From NCBI GenBank assembly GCA_905479295.1, contig CAJQLY010000017.1:12380-76379 (forward strand): 64,000 nucleotides of DNA. The letters run 5' to 3'. This document shows positions 43,079 to 54,067 of the stretch, in pieces. Position numbers and translations under genes: made by a program. Numbering within the stretch: position 1 is the stretch's first letter; every line of letters begins with the position of its first letter. The stretch comes from an uncultured Gammaproteobacteria bacterium. GTDB lineage: Bacteria > Pseudomonadota > Gammaproteobacteria > UBA4575. The notes beneath the pieces were generated by a model. It saw nothing but the letters and a program-made list of their open reading frames with translations. It had not been told where the DNA came from and searched no databases.

Positions 43079-43654
43079 ATGGGTAATCGTTTAACTAAGA
43101 TATACACCCGCACGGGTGATGATGGCAGTACGGGTTTGGCGACTGGTGAGCGTGTTAGTAAAGACTGTTCATTGATTAAAGCACAGGGTGATCTAGATGA
43201 GCTGAATGCTAATCTTGCCTGTGTTTTAGTACATAGTGCAGAGCAGGATGAGGTCTGTAGTATTATTCGTGCTGTCCAGCATCAGTTATTTAATGTTGGT
43301 GGAGAGCTAAGTGCGCCACAATGTGAATTAACTCATGCCGATGATATTTTTTGGTTGGAGCGGTGGATTGATTATTTTAATCAGGGCTTGGCACCGCTCA
43401 AAGATTTTATTTTACCCGGTGGTGATGCCGCTGTTGCTCATTGCCATGTTGCGCGGACAGTATGCAGAAGGGCAGAACGCCACTTAGTCGAGTGGTCGCA
43501 TGAGCATGAAGTGCGTGCAGAGTTAGTACAGTATGTTAATCGCTTGTCTGATTTACTCTTCGTACTTTGTCGCGTGATTGAACAACTAAAACAGACAGCT
43601 CTAAGTTATTGGCAGAAAGATTTAAAGCTACCTGAGCCTAATAATGATGAATGA
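43079..43654 (+). CDS. ATP:cob(I)alamin adenosyltransferase, PduO type
   Basis: 191 aa. N-terminal IYTRTGDDGSTGL motif. Confidence 0.88.
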   Translation: MGNRLTKIYTRTGDDGSTGLATGERVSKDCSLIKAQGDLDELNANLACVLVHSAEQDEVCSIIRAVQHQLFNVGGELSAPQCELTHADDIFWLERWIDYFNQGLAPLKDFILPGGDAAVAHCHVARTVCRRAERHLVEWSHEHEVRAELVQYVNRLSDLLFVLCRVIEQLKQTALSYWQKDLKLPEPNNDE

Positions 43655-43713
43655 TTACTTATAGGTAACGCTGTAAATTAAATGAGTAATAGGTTGATTG
43701 TCTGGAGATCGCT

Positions 43714-44610
43714 ATGCTGAGATTTGGAATAGACTTAGGCGGTAGTAAAATCGAATTAATTGCCTTAGATGACGCAGGCAATGAATGTTATCACCAGCGG
43801 GTTACTACTCCGCAGGGTGATTATGAAAAGACGTTACTGGCAATAGGTGGTTTAGTTGCCACGGCCGAGACTGAACTGGCTACTGTAGGTAGTGTTGGTA
43901 TTGGTACACCAGGTTCGATTTCACCGGCAACAGGCTTACTTCGTAATAGCAACTCAGTTTGCCTTAATGGCATGCCGTTGCAGCAAGATATAGAAAGGAT
44001 ATTGTCGCGTCCAGTGCGTCTAGCAAATGATGCTAACTGTTTTGCCCTGTCTGAAGCTATCGATGGTGCAGCGATGGATGTGGCTAATGTCTTTGCTGTA
44101 ATTATTGGTACCGGCTGTGGTGCTGGTTTAGTAATTGATAAAAAACTAATTAATGGGCCCAATGCGATTAGCGGTGAGTGGGGGCATAATCCTTTGCCGG
44201 CACCAAGTCAGGAAGAGTATGCAGTTCCCAATTGTTGGTGTGGCAAAAGTCTTTGCGTAGAAAGTTTTTTATCTGGGCCTGCGTTGTCTGCTGATTATCA
44301 GCGGGTAGGCCAACAGTCTAGATCTGTGCAAGAGATAGTAGCCTTGGCAGTCAAAGGTGATGTGGTGGCTGAGGCCGTGCTGCAAACATATGAATTGCGC
44401 TTAGCAAAAAGTTTGGCTCAGGTGATTAATATTTTAGACCCACATGTTATTGTGTTTGGCGGTGGCCTATCTAATATGACTAGACTCTATGACAATGTGC
44501 CATCGTTATTGTCTGAGTTTGTTTTTACTGATGTAGTGCAAACGGAATTACGTAGACCAAAGTTTGGCGACTCTAGTGGAGTTCGTGGTGCTGCCCGATT
44601 ATGGTCTTGA
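43714..44610 (+). CDS. ROK-family sugar kinase (NagK/Mak-like)
   Basis: 298 aa. DLGGSKIE ATP motif, NDANCFALSE, and the zinc motif GEWGHNPL..CWCGKSLCVE. Confidence 0.8.
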   Translation: MLRFGIDLGGSKIELIALDDAGNECYHQRVTTPQGDYEKTLLAIGGLVATAETELATVGSVGIGTPGSISPATGLLRNSNSVCLNGMPLQQDIERILSRPVRLANDANCFALSEAIDGAAMDVANVFAVIIGTGCGAGLVIDKKLINGPNAISGEWGHNPLPAPSQEEYAVPNCWCGKSLCVESFLSGPALSADYQRVGQQSRSVQEIVALAVKGDVVAEAVLQTYELRLAKSLAQVINILDPHVIVFGGGLSNMTRLYDNVPSLLSEFVFTDVVQTELRRPKFGDSSGVRGAARLWS

Positions 44611-44615
44611 GGATT

Positions 44616-45155
44616 ATGATGAAAGATAGAATTGAAGCGCCTGCAGTAATGAGCTGGAAATGGTTGGTCGCAATTATTGCATTTCTGGCCTTGAGCCGAT
44701 GCCTGCCACATCCACCTAATTTCACACCACTTGCGGCCATGAGTTTATTATCAGGTGCCTTTCTGCGTGACTGGCGTCTAGCCTTAATTATTCCTCTGGG
44801 TGCGATGCTGCTCAGTGATCTATATTTAGGCCTACATAATTCAATGCTGTTTGTGTATGCAGCGATGGCCAGCATAGTTATTTTTAGTCGTTATGGCTTA
44901 CGGCGAGTTTCCTTATTTAGGCTCACATCAGCTTCAGTCTTGTCAGCGGTTTGGTTTTTCTTATTGACGAACTTTGGTGCTTGGCTGGGCCATGAAACTT
45001 ATGCGCCGAGCCTGAATGGCTTGATGCAGGCGTATGTCGCTGGCATTCCATTCTTTCGCAACACCCTGTTATCTAGCGTGTTGTTTACGTTGCTTGCCTA
45101 TCTTGCATTATTTACTGCAGTGCGTTGGCAGCGTAGCCGTACAGAAGTGGTCTAA
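44616..45155 (+). CDS. DUF6580-like small polytopic membrane protein (candidate transporter component)
   Basis: Start set at ATG 44616 after GAGGA. The motif LPHPPNFTPLAAMSLLSGA matches my recollection of DUF6580. About 5 hydrophobic helices. Confidence 0.55.
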   Translation: MMKDRIEAPAVMSWKWLVAIIAFLALSRCLPHPPNFTPLAAMSLLSGAFLRDWRLALIIPLGAMLLSDLYLGLHNSMLFVYAAMASIVIFSRYGLRRVSLFRLTSASVLSAVWFFLLTNFGAWLGHETYAPSLNGLMQAYVAGIPFFRNTLLSSVLFTLLAYLALFTAVRWQRSRTEVV

Positions 45156-45160
45156 TATAT

Positions 45161-45802
45161 CTAAGTATCGGTGCTGGTTTTTTGACGGTATTCACAGAGC
45201 TCACGGATAACACATTGTGAACATAAAGGTTTACGCGCAATACAGGTATAGCGCCCGTGCAAGATCAGCCAGTGATGGGCATCGCGTTTAAATTCCTCAG
45301 GGACCAAACGCTCTAAGCGTTTTTCTACTTCCAGTACATTCTTCCCCGGTGCAATGGCAGTGCGGTTAGACACACGAAAGATATGAGTGTCTACGGCAAT
45401 AGTTGGATGACCAAAAGCCGTGTTTAAAACTACATTTGCTGTTTTTCTACCGACCCCAGGTAGTGACTCTAAAGCGGCACGATCTTCCGGCACGATGCTA
45501 TCGTAATCATCGATTAAGATCTTGCAGGTCTTAATCACATTTTTTGCCTTGGTGTTGAATAATCCAATACTTTGCACAAAGGTCTTTAGTTTTTTCTCAC
45601 CCAAATCATAAATAGCCTGTGGTGTGTTAGCAACGAGATATAATTTATCAGTAGCCTTATTGACGCTGATATCAGTTGCCTGCGCAGATAAAATAACAGC
45701 GATTAATAATTCAAACTCATTAGCATAGTGCAGCTCAGGTTTTGGCTTTGGGTTTTGTTCACGCAAGATTGAAAAAATTGCGCTGCGTTTTTCACGATTC
45801 AT
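45161..45802 (-). CDS. nth: endonuclease III
   Basis: 213 aa. HhH-GPD ([12 protein letters not shown]) and Fe-S cluster loop [17 protein letters not shown]. Confidence 0.93.
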   Translation of the reverse strand: MNREKRSAIFSILREQNPKPKPELHYANEFELLIAVILSAQATDISVNKATDKLYLVANTPQAIYDLGEKKLKTFVQSIGLFNTKAKNVIKTCKILIDDYDSIVPEDRAALESLPGVGRKTANVVLNTAFGHPTIAVDTHIFRVSNRTAIAPGKNVLEVEKRLERLVPEEFKRDAHHWLILHGRYTCIARKPLCSQCVIRELCEYRQKTSTDT

Positions 45803-46200
45803 GATTTTTCTTGTAGGCGTTTGAGCTCAGCTAATTTATCCGCCATGCTGGCCTTGCTCTGTTGTCGAGCAGCATGCACAACTTGGCTGCGTGACTCTAA
45901 CCGTAGTTTACGTAGTTGTAAGCGTTGCTTGCTGGCGCTGGCAAAATCTTTACGATCTTGTTTATATTCATCAGCTTTAATGGCTTCGCTATATTCGGGA
46001 TTTTCTCGCATCTCAATACAATCAACCGGGCAGGGTTGTATGCATAGTTTGCAGCCTGTGCAATAACTTTTTATTACGCTATGCATCAGTTGTGAAGTGC
46101 CGAGGATAGCATCAAAGGGGCAGGCCTTCAGGCAGAGAGCACAACCAATACAGCGTTGCTCATCAATAAACGCAAGCTGTGCGCTGTATTGATTATGCAT
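45799..46200 (-). CDS. 2x[4Fe-4S] ferredoxin, RnfB C-terminal-like
   Basis: [12 protein letters not shown] and [12 protein letters not shown]. 4-nt overlap with nth. Confidence 0.8.
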   Translation of the reverse strand: MHNQYSAQLAFIDEQRCIGCALCLKACPFDAILGTSQLMHSVIKSYCTGCKLCIQPCPVDCIEMRENPEYSEAIKADEYKQDRKDFASASKQRLQLRKLRLESRSQVVHAARQQSKASMADKLAELKRLQEKS

Positions 46201-46208
46201 AAATAGCC

Positions 46209-48245
46209 TTACTTCACGCGCATGCCGGCTTCGGCACCACTGTCTGGGTGAATCACAAATAGGCCAGAATCATCGCCACTAGCGGCAAGCACCATGCCTT
46301 CAGATAAACCGAAACGCATTTTTCGTGCAGCTAAATTGGCAACCATAACGACTAGCTTGCCTTCCAACTCGGCGGGTGAGTAGGCGCTCTTGATACCAGC
46401 GAATACATTCTTTTGTAGGCCACCAGTGGCCTCACCTAGGTCTAAGGTTAATTGCAATAATTTGTCTGCACCTTCAACCAGTTCTGCTTTGCTAATGCGT
46501 GCAACTCGTAGATCGAGTTTGGCAAAGTCATCAAAACTGATTTCACTATCGATTGGGTCGCTAGCAGCAACAGCATTCGTTTGTATGTTGGCCTGTTGTT
46601 TGGTTTCTTCAATCATGGCTTCTATCTTATCGCTTTCAATGCGTGTCATCAGGGGTTTGAATTTATTGATGCTATGGCCTTCTGGCAAGGTTTCTCCTGA
46701 CGCCAAGTCGGCCCATGTCAGTTCATTGTTGAAAAAGTCTTCAGCCTTGCTTGCAAGTTCTGGTAAGACCGGTTTCAAATAACCGATTAAGAGACGAAAC
46801 ATATTGATACCAAAGCTACAGATTTGATGGACTTCCTGTCTGCAATTTTCGTCTTTGATTTTTTCCCAAGGCTTGTATTGATCGATCAGCTGGTTGGTTT
46901 GATCGGCAATCTTCATGATGCTGCGAATTGCTTCAGCATAGCGACGCTGTTCATAATGATCTTTGATCTCTTCATTAGCAGCACTGGCTGCAACAAAGGC
47001 TTGCTCACATTCAGTAGAGAAGCTCGCACTCAGTTTGGCGTCAAATTTCTTGCTGATAAAGCCTGCACAGCGGCTAGCAATATTGACTAACTTACCAACA
47101 ACATCACTGTTTACACGCTGTTGAAAATCATCAAGATTAAGGTCTAAGTCATTAACTCCAGGGCCTAGCTTGGCTGCAAAATAGTAGCGCAGGTATTCTG
47201 GTTGCAGATGATTTAGATAGGTGCGTGCCTTGATAAAGGTGCCCCTAGACTTAGACATCTTCTGGCCATTGATCATTAAAAAGCCATGGCAGAAGACATT
47301 GGTAGGTTTACGATAACCGGCACCCATTAAGGTGGCTGGCCAGAATAACGTATGGAAGTAGGCAATATCCTTGCCGATAAAGTGATATAGCTCAGCCTCA
47401 CTATCCGCCTTCCAGTAAGCATCAAAATCTTCACCACTTCGGTCACAGTAATTCTTAAAGCTAGCCATGTAGCCGATTGGTGCATCTAACCAAACATAAA
47501 AATACTTGCCAGTAGCACCTGGGATCTCAAAACCGAAATAAGGCGCATCACGTGAGATATCCCAATCTTTTAGGCCATCTTCAAACCACTCAGAAATCTT
47601 GTTGCTGATTTCAGGCTGTAGGCTATTAGATTGTGTCCAAGTCTTGAGTTCTTCTTCTAATTTTTTCAGTTGAAAGAAGTAATGCAGATTTTCTTTTTCA
47701 ACTGGAGTGGCACCACTGAGCGCTGAACGAGGATCGATCAGGTCGGCGGGTGTGTAGGTCGCACCACAGGCTTCGCAGTTGTCACCATATTGATCTTCGG
47801 CCTTACATTTTGGACAGGTACCGCGAACAAAGCGATCAGGTAAGAATACTTTTTGCTCGGGATCAAATAGATCGATCACGCTTTGAGTGTTGATCAGCCC
47901 CTTATCTTGTAACTTCTTGAAGATATCTTCGGCGAAATGGCGGTTTTCTTCGGAGTGTGTGCTGTGAAAATTATCGAAATTGACAAGAAATTCGGAAAAG
48001 TCGGCCTCATGCTCTGCCTTGGTCTTGGCAATCAGCTCTTCAGGCTTAATCCCTTCTTGTTGTGCGCGCAGCATAATCGGTGTGCCATGGGCATCATCGG
48101 CGCAGACATAAACACAATGGTGGCCACACATTTTTTGTAGGCGTACCCAGATGTCGGTCTGGATATATTCCACTAAATGGCCTAGATGGATCGAGCCATT
48201 GGCATAGGGTAGGGCGCTAGTAACGAGTATTTTTCGAGATTCCAC
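46209..48245 (-). CDS. metG: methionyl-tRNA synthetase
   Basis: 678 aa, GTG start. HIGH-type (SIHLGHL), KMSKS, zinc knuckles CPKC..CEAC, and a C-terminal tRNA-binding domain. Confidence 0.95.
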   Translation of the reverse strand: MESRKILVTSALPYANGSIHLGHLVEYIQTDIWVRLQKMCGHHCVYVCADDAHGTPIMLRAQQEGIKPEELIAKTKAEHEADFSEFLVNFDNFHSTHSEENRHFAEDIFKKLQDKGLINTQSVIDLFDPEQKVFLPDRFVRGTCPKCKAEDQYGDNCEACGATYTPADLIDPRSALSGATPVEKENLHYFFQLKKLEEELKTWTQSNSLQPEISNKISEWFEDGLKDWDISRDAPYFGFEIPGATGKYFYVWLDAPIGYMASFKNYCDRSGEDFDAYWKADSEAELYHFIGKDIAYFHTLFWPATLMGAGYRKPTNVFCHGFLMINGQKMSKSRGTFIKARTYLNHLQPEYLRYYFAAKLGPGVNDLDLNLDDFQQRVNSDVVGKLVNIASRCAGFISKKFDAKLSASFSTECEQAFVAASAANEEIKDHYEQRRYAEAIRSIMKIADQTNQLIDQYKPWEKIKDENCRQEVHQICSFGINMFRLLIGYLKPVLPELASKAEDFFNNELTWADLASGETLPEGHSINKFKPLMTRIESDKIEAMIEETKQQANIQTNAVAASDPIDSEISFDDFAKLDLRVARISKAELVEGADKLLQLTLDLGEATGGLQKNVFAGIKSAYSPAELEGKLVVMVANLAARKMRFGLSEGMVLAASGDDSGLFVIHPDSGAEAGMRVK

Positions 48246-48447
48246 GGCAGTACAACTTATTTAATAGTGCGCGTACCTTACCAGCTTAATAAACTAGGCT
48301 CTATATAGGAGCGAAACTCTATTTTGAATAAATAGTTGCTAGACTGACCCTATACACGGGATAACTACCTCAAGATGGGGCTTGGAAAATGTATTTTTGG
48401 GTGCTTTACTGCGCTTCATTATAAATAGCTTGTACGAGGAAAAACAG

Positions 48448-49539
48448 ATGGCGGGCATCACGCGTGAGCAGGTCGAACAGTCACTTAAATCGATTATAGA
48501 CCCAAATATTGGTAAAGACCTGGTGGTCACTAAGTCGATCAAGAGCATTACTATCGATGGTGACAAGGTCACTGTTGCGATTGAATTAGGTTATCCAGCG
48601 AAAAGTATGCGTGAAACCTTCAGTCAGCAAGTGACTGCTGCTGTTTCTGCACTCGATGGTGTTGCTTCTGTTGAAGTCAGTGTGGATTGGAAGATTACTG
48701 CGCACTCGGTACAAAAGAGTCTGAAGCCACTGGATAACATTAAAAATGTCATCGCAGTCGCTTCTGGTAAAGGCGGTGTTGGAAAATCAACCACTGCGGT
48801 TAATTTAGCCCTAGCATTGGCTGCCGAAGGCGCCACTGTAGGTATTCTAGATGCAGATATCTATGGCCCTAGTCAGCCACGGATGCTCGGTATTAGCGGG
48901 CAGCCAGACTCAACCGATGGTAAGAGCTTAGAGCCGATGGAAGGTCACGGTCTACAAGCGATGTCGATTGGCTTTTTGATCGATGATGAGACGCCGATGA
49001 TTTGGCGTGGTCCTATGGTGACACAAGCCTTGGAGCAATTATTAAATGATACGCAATGGCGTGGCCTGGATTACTTGGTTGTCGATTTACCGCCAGGTAC
49101 TGGTGATGTGCAATTGACGTTGGCGCAAAAGATTCCAGTGAGTGGTGCCGTGATTGTGACCACTCCGCAGGACATCGCACTACTTGATGCCCGTAAAGGT
49201 CTGAAGATGTTTGAGAAGGTCGAAGTGCCAGTCTTAGGCATTGTTGAAAATATGAGTATTCACATCTGTAGTAAATGTGGCCATGAAGAGCCTATTTTTG
49301 GTAGTGGTGGTGGTGAGAAAATGGCCGCTGAATATAGTGTTGACCTCTTGGGCGCCTTGCCGTTAGATATGAGTATCCGTAAGCAAGCCGATGGTGGTGT
49401 TCCTACCGTTGTTGCCGAGCCGGAGAGTCGAGTGGCGCAGATCTATGGAGAAATTGCACGTAAGACAGCGGCGAAATTAGCAGCTAAGAGTAAAGATTAC
49501 AGTGCTAAATTTCCAAAGATTGTTATTCAAAACACTTAA
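48448..49539 (+). CDS. apbC: Fe-S cluster carrier ATPase ApbC/Mrp
   Basis: Start set at MAGITREQ. Deviant Walker [17 protein letters not shown] motif. Divergent from metG, as in enterobacteria. Confidence 0.9.
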   Translation: MAGITREQVEQSLKSIIDPNIGKDLVVTKSIKSITIDGDKVTVAIELGYPAKSMRETFSQQVTAAVSALDGVASVEVSVDWKITAHSVQKSLKPLDNIKNVIAVASGKGGVGKSTTAVNLALALAAEGATVGILDADIYGPSQPRMLGISGQPDSTDGKSLEPMEGHGLQAMSIGFLIDDETPMIWRGPMVTQALEQLLNDTQWRGLDYLVVDLPPGTGDVQLTLAQKIPVSGAVIVTTPQDIALLDARKGLKMFEKVEVPVLGIVENMSIHICSKCGHEEPIFGSGGGEKMAAEYSVDLLGALPLDMSIRKQADGGVPTVVAEPESRVAQIYGEIARKTAAKLAAKSKDYSAKFPKIVIQNT

Positions 49540-49568
49540 GTTCACATTTAGTATTTGCGAGCAGAGTT

Positions 49569-50135
49569 ATGTCTATAAAGTCAGATTCATGGATTCGGCG
49601 CCAAGCTGAAGAGCATAAGATGATCGAACCGTTTACCGCGGGCCAAGTAAAGACGGCCAACGATGAACGTATTATTTCTTATGGTACTTCTAGCTATGGT
49701 TATGACGTACGCTGCTCGAAACACTTTAAAATATTTACTAATATCAATTCGGCGGTAGTCGATCCAAAGGCATTTAATCCAGAGAGTTTTGTCGATTTTG
49801 AGGGGGATGTGTGCATTATTCCTCCTAATTCCTTCGCCTTAGCGAGCACGGTGGAATATTTTCGTATCCCACGCTCTGTATTGACCGTATGTCTAGGTAA
49901 ATCAACCTATGCGCGTTGCGGTATTATCGTTAATGTCACACCGTTAGAACCGGAGTGGGAAGGCCACGTCACGTTGGAGTTCTCTAACACCACGCCTTTG
50001 CCTGCAAAGATTTATGCTAATGAGGGTGTAGCACAGATGATCTTCTTTGAATCAGATGAGCCCTGTGAAACCTCATATAAAGATCGTAATGGTAAGTATC
50101 AAGGTCAGACTGGCGTTACATTGCCTAAGACCTAA
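49569..50135 (+). CDS. dcd: dCTP deaminase
   Basis: 188 aa. Colinear with Dcd (SYGYDVR, EPEWEG..TLE.SN). Confidence 0.92.
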   Translation: MSIKSDSWIRRQAEEHKMIEPFTAGQVKTANDERIISYGTSSYGYDVRCSKHFKIFTNINSAVVDPKAFNPESFVDFEGDVCIIPPNSFALASTVEYFRIPRSVLTVCLGKSTYARCGIIVNVTPLEPEWEGHVTLEFSNTTPLPAKIYANEGVAQMIFFESDEPCETSYKDRNGKYQGQTGVTLPKT

Positions 50136-50148
50136 GTTTTTAGAGCTG

Positions 50149-51501
50149 CTAGATAAGCAGTACTGTCGCTAGTCCCAAAAAGGCAAAAATACCAACCACA
50201 TCGGTAATAGTGGTGAGTACGACACCACCAGCAAGTGCCGGATCAATACCATAACGACGTAGCGCAATTGGGATAAGGGCGCCAGCCAAGCCTGCACACA
50301 CGAGATTAGCGATCATCGCGAGTCCAATAACCCAGCCAAGTTGTAGGTTTCCAAACCAAAGATAGGCAATTAGTCCAACAATAACTGCCCAGACCAATCC
50401 ATTCAGAGCACCAATGGCGAGTTCACGCCAGATTAGAATTTTTGAGTTTATCGGGCCAATTTGGTCTAGTGCGATACCACGAATAACTAAGATTAGGGTT
50501 TGGCTACCAGCAATACCACCCATGCTAGCGACTACTGGTATTAATACAGCAAGTACGATTAATTCTTCTAGGGTGGATTGAAACAAGCTAATTACCCAGG
50601 CGGCTAAAAAAGCAGTGGCCATATTCACGCCTAGCCATAGCGCACGTCGTTTAGTTGATTGTGTTACTGGTGCAAATAAATCTTCCTCTTCAGTTAGACC
50701 CGCCATACTCATCACTGAGTGCTCACCTTCCTCACGAATAACATCGACCACGTCATCAATAGTGATACGGCCGATTAACTTATTGTCTTCATCAATAACT
50801 GGCGCGGTGACGAGATCAAGGGTTTCAAAGCGCATCGCCACTTCTTTGTTGGATAGGCTATGGAGTAGTGGGTCGATGCTGTCTTCCATTAAATCCAGTA
50901 CGACATGGGATGGGTCACTAGTGAGTACTGAAGTTAGTGGCAGGCTACCAATATAGTGATCATTCTGATCGACTACGAATAAAGTATCAGTATGAGCTGG
51001 CAGCTCATCACGTGCCCGTAGATAGCGCAGAACTACATCGATAGTGACTTCTTTGCGTACGGTTACGGTATCGGTGTTCATTAAGCCGCCAGCACTTTCC
51101 TCATCGAAGGATAGTACTGATTCGACGCGTTGACGGTCACGGATGCTCATAGAGCTAAGTGCCGATAATGCAACAGTTTCTGGCAGGTCGGCTAATAAGT
51201 CAGCCAAGTCATCAAGCTCAAGGCCTTCTGTTGCTGAGAGCATTTCATCCTGATTCATATTCTTGATCAGGCCACTACGTACTTCTTCACCGACTAACAG
51301 CAGAATTTCACCCAGATCATCTGGACCTAAGGTATTCCAAATGTATGAGCGTTGTGAATAAGGTACTGACTCGAGTAGTGTCGCGACCTCGGCAGGATGC
51401 AGGGCATTGAGGATTGTTGAGGCACGCTGCAACTCGCCAGACTCTAATGCCTGACCAATAACCTGTAGGTTGTTGAGTGCTTGAGTTGCCAAATTAGCCA
51501 T
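50149..51501 (-). CDS. mgtE: magnesium transporter MgtE
   Basis: 450 aa. N-domain, CBS pair and C-terminal 5-TM domain (GNLVCAGLAGALIP). Confidence 0.9.
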   Translation of the reverse strand: MANLATQALNNLQVIGQALESGELQRASTILNALHPAEVATLLESVPYSQRSYIWNTLGPDDLGEILLLVGEEVRSGLIKNMNQDEMLSATEGLELDDLADLLADLPETVALSALSSMSIRDRQRVESVLSFDEESAGGLMNTDTVTVRKEVTIDVVLRYLRARDELPAHTDTLFVVDQNDHYIGSLPLTSVLTSDPSHVVLDLMEDSIDPLLHSLSNKEVAMRFETLDLVTAPVIDEDNKLIGRITIDDVVDVIREEGEHSVMSMAGLTEEEDLFAPVTQSTKRRALWLGVNMATAFLAAWVISLFQSTLEELIVLAVLIPVVASMGGIAGSQTLILVIRGIALDQIGPINSKILIWRELAIGALNGLVWAVIVGLIAYLWFGNLQLGWVIGLAMIANLVCAGLAGALIPIALRRYGIDPALAGGVVLTTITDVVGIFAFLGLATVLLI

Positions 51502-51614
51502 TGATGCGCCCGAAACTGGGCCAGCATTGGACCCTATTCAATAAACATGAAACTGCGAGTTAGTGTACTTATATCTGTACTGAATGCCAAAGAGTTTAGA
51601 CCGTGCTAAGTAAG

Positions 51615-53348
51615 TTATAGATTAAGCTGGTCAACTAGATGATGAATTTTTGCGGAAGAAATATGTTTATTCAGAATATCTTTACAGCGTTTTTCTAAGG
51701 CAGAGACATCAGTGGCGTTAATAACCGACTTCACTTCTAACAAGCTGGCTGGATGGGTACTGAACTCACGTAAGCCCATGCCAAGTAATAGCTTGGTGTA
51801 ACGGATATCACCTGCCATTTCGCCACACATAGAAACAGGAATACCAGCCCGTTGCCCAGCCTTCAAAGTGAGATGGATTAATTGCAGTACAGCTGGGTGT
51901 AAGGGGTCATACAGGTAGTTAACCGCTTCATCGATACGATCGATGGCTAATGTGTATTGGATAAGGTCATTAGTACCAATAGAAAGGAAGTCTAGATTTT
52001 TTGCAAACTGATTTGCTGCCAATGCTGAGGCTGGAACTTCAATCATTGCGCCGATAGCAATTGTGTCATCAAACGCCTGATCTTCTTTAATCAATTCGGA
52101 CTTTGCTTGGTTTAATACTACTAGTGCACTCTGTAACTCATCCTCACTTGTGAGCATAGGAAACATGAGTTTAGTTGGGCCTATGCTAGAGGCGCGTAGG
52201 ATTGCGCGTAGCTGTAGTTTAAATAGTTCGGTGTCACGCAGTGAGCGACGTAAGCCACGCAAGCCTAGTGCGGGATTTTGTGCCAGAGGTCCTTGGTATT
52301 TAGGATCGAATTCTTTCTCCGCACCTAGGTCTAAAGTACGGATAGTGACTGGGCGCCCTTTCATTAAGCGAATTACTTTGACATAGGCTTCGTACTGCTC
52401 GGCTTCGTTGGCTGGCTCAGTACGATCAATGTATAAAAACTCAGTACGGTAAAGACCGACACCATCAGCACCACAATTAGCGAGTGCTCGGGTATCGTCA
52501 AGTAGCTCAACATTGGCCTGCAGGTTAATCAGTACATTGTCTTGTGTCTTTGCTGCAACCTTGCGCAATGAATGCAGTTTGCGCTTAGCTTGTTCTAGAG
52601 ACTTCTGCTTGCGTTGATAATTAGTAATTGTATCTTGATCAACACCCGCAAGTATCATGCCTTCACTACCATCGACAATAACGGTCTCATTATTCTTCAG
52701 TAGTAATCTTGCATCAGGTACGCCAACTACAGCTGGGATGCCTAAGCTGCGTGCAATAATCGCTGTATGCGATAGAGGGCCACCTAACTCAGTAATAAAG
52801 CCTGCAATATTTTGATTTTGTAGCAGTACGGTATCAGCTGGGGTCAGATCGTCGGCAACAATAATGCTGCCAGCCAAGGTCTGTACTTCTTCACTGACGA
52901 GGTACTGTTGGTCAAAGAGAATCTTTTGGATGAGGTAAATAACATGGTCAATATCATTTTGTCGTGTGCGTAAATATTCATCTTCCATTTCTTCAAAGAC
53001 GGAGGCTATCTGATCACGTTGAATCTTAAGTGCCCATTCAGCATTGCATTGACGCTCACGGATTAGATCAATAGGCACCTGCGACAGCATAGAGTCATCT
53101 AGCATCAAGAGGTGTGAACCAATAAAAGAGATGATGTCTTTGGGTGCATCAGCCGGAACACTGTCTTGGATATCAAGTAATTGTTGTGATGCCATGATGA
53201 CAGCCGATTGGAAGCGTTGCACCTCAGCGTCTACCTCTGTGGCTTTAAGATGGCGCTCATAGATTTCAAGTGCACTACGCTGCATGACGTGCACAGCACC
53301 AATAGCCACACCGCGAGAAACGCCTAAACCACTAATCATTAATGCCAT
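51615..53348 (-). CDS. ptsI: phosphoenolpyruvate-protein phosphotransferase (PTS enzyme I, no GAF domain)
   Basis: 577 aa. Phospho-His region GGPLSHTAIIARSLGIP. C-terminal PEP-utilising motifs. Confidence 0.9.
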   Translation of the reverse strand: MALMISGLGVSRGVAIGAVHVMQRSALEIYERHLKATEVDAEVQRFQSAVIMASQQLLDIQDSVPADAPKDIISFIGSHLLMLDDSMLSQVPIDLIRERQCNAEWALKIQRDQIASVFEEMEDEYLRTRQNDIDHVIYLIQKILFDQQYLVSEEVQTLAGSIIVADDLTPADTVLLQNQNIAGFITELGGPLSHTAIIARSLGIPAVVGVPDARLLLKNNETVIVDGSEGMILAGVDQDTITNYQRKQKSLEQAKRKLHSLRKVAAKTQDNVLINLQANVELLDDTRALANCGADGVGLYRTEFLYIDRTEPANEAEQYEAYVKVIRLMKGRPVTIRTLDLGAEKEFDPKYQGPLAQNPALGLRGLRRSLRDTELFKLQLRAILRASSIGPTKLMFPMLTSEDELQSALVVLNQAKSELIKEDQAFDDTIAIGAMIEVPASALAANQFAKNLDFLSIGTNDLIQYTLAIDRIDEAVNYLYDPLHPAVLQLIHLTLKAGQRAGIPVSMCGEMAGDIRYTKLLLGMGLREFSTHPASLLEVKSVINATDVSALEKRCKDILNKHISSAKIHHLVDQLNL

Positions 53349-53362
53349 TGGATTTCTATTCC

Positions 53363-53644
53363 TTACTCTGCTTCACCAAAACGATTGGCTACCAAGGTGC
53401 GTAATTTTTCCATTGCGGCATCAGCATCTTCCCCTGCAATATATAGAGTGATACTAGATCCTTGGCTGGCGGCTAACATCATCACTCCCATAATACTTTT
53501 TCCATTGACTCGGCGACTATCTTTTTCCACCTCTATGCTGGCAGAAAACTCAGCTGAAACAGAGACAAACTTTGCTGCTGCTCGCGCATGTAGGCCTAAT
53601 TTATTACAGATAGTAAGTACTTCTTGGATTGAATTGTTATTCAT
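53363..53644 (-). CDS. ptsH: HPr/NPr phosphocarrier protein
   Basis: 93 aa. His15 context GLHARAA and Ser46 context GKSIMGV. Confidence 0.9.
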   Translation of the reverse strand: MNNNSIQEVLTICNKLGLHARAAAKFVSVSAEFSASIEVEKDSRRVNGKSIMGVMMLAASQGSSITLYIAGEDADAAMEKLRTLVANRFGEAE

Positions 53645-54030
53645 GAGCAGATGATGATCCCGTCTTGTCCGCCATTAAAGGCGATAGTGCTTAGTTCGTT
53701 CAGTGATTGCTCTGGATAATTGAAGACACGTAATAACATCGGTAAATTGACACCAGCAATAACCTTGCTTGTACCTATGGCTGCTAGGCGGTTAGCGATA
53801 TTGCTCGGTGTCGAGCCATAGGCGTCGGTGAAGATCAGTACACCATCACCTTGGTCTAGTTTGACAATCATATCGGTATTGGCCGCCGCCACTAAATCTG
53901 GGTCACAGGTTTGTGAGACCGAGAGCGATTTGCACTGCAAGGGTGCCACACCACCAAACGTTGAAGTCGCAATCTGAATCAGTTGCTCTGCAAGTTGACC
54001 GTGAGAGACGATTAAAATACTAACGCTCAT
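53641..54030 (-). CDS. PTS EIIA, mannose/fructose family
   Basis: 129 aa. N-terminal ILIVSHGQLA (phospho-His). Confidence 0.85.
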   Translation of the reverse strand: MSVSILIVSHGQLAEQLIQIATSTFGGVAPLQCKSLSVSQTCDPDLVAAANTDMIVKLDQGDGVLIFTDAYGSTPSNIANRLAAIGTSKVIAGVNLPMLLRVFNYPEQSLNELSTIAFNGGQDGIIICS

Positions 54031-54067
54031 ATTTTTTTATAGTTCCAAATTTCAATATGCTGGTGTT

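Noticed and set aside
48341-48350. 10-nt match (reverse strand ATAGGGTCAG) to the core of the 27-bp palindromic element, in the metG-apbC intergenic region
   Set aside because: Only the 10-mer core matches and the terminal inverted repeats are absent. A 10-mer match is expected by chance about 0.1 times in this window, so it is not convincing on its own.
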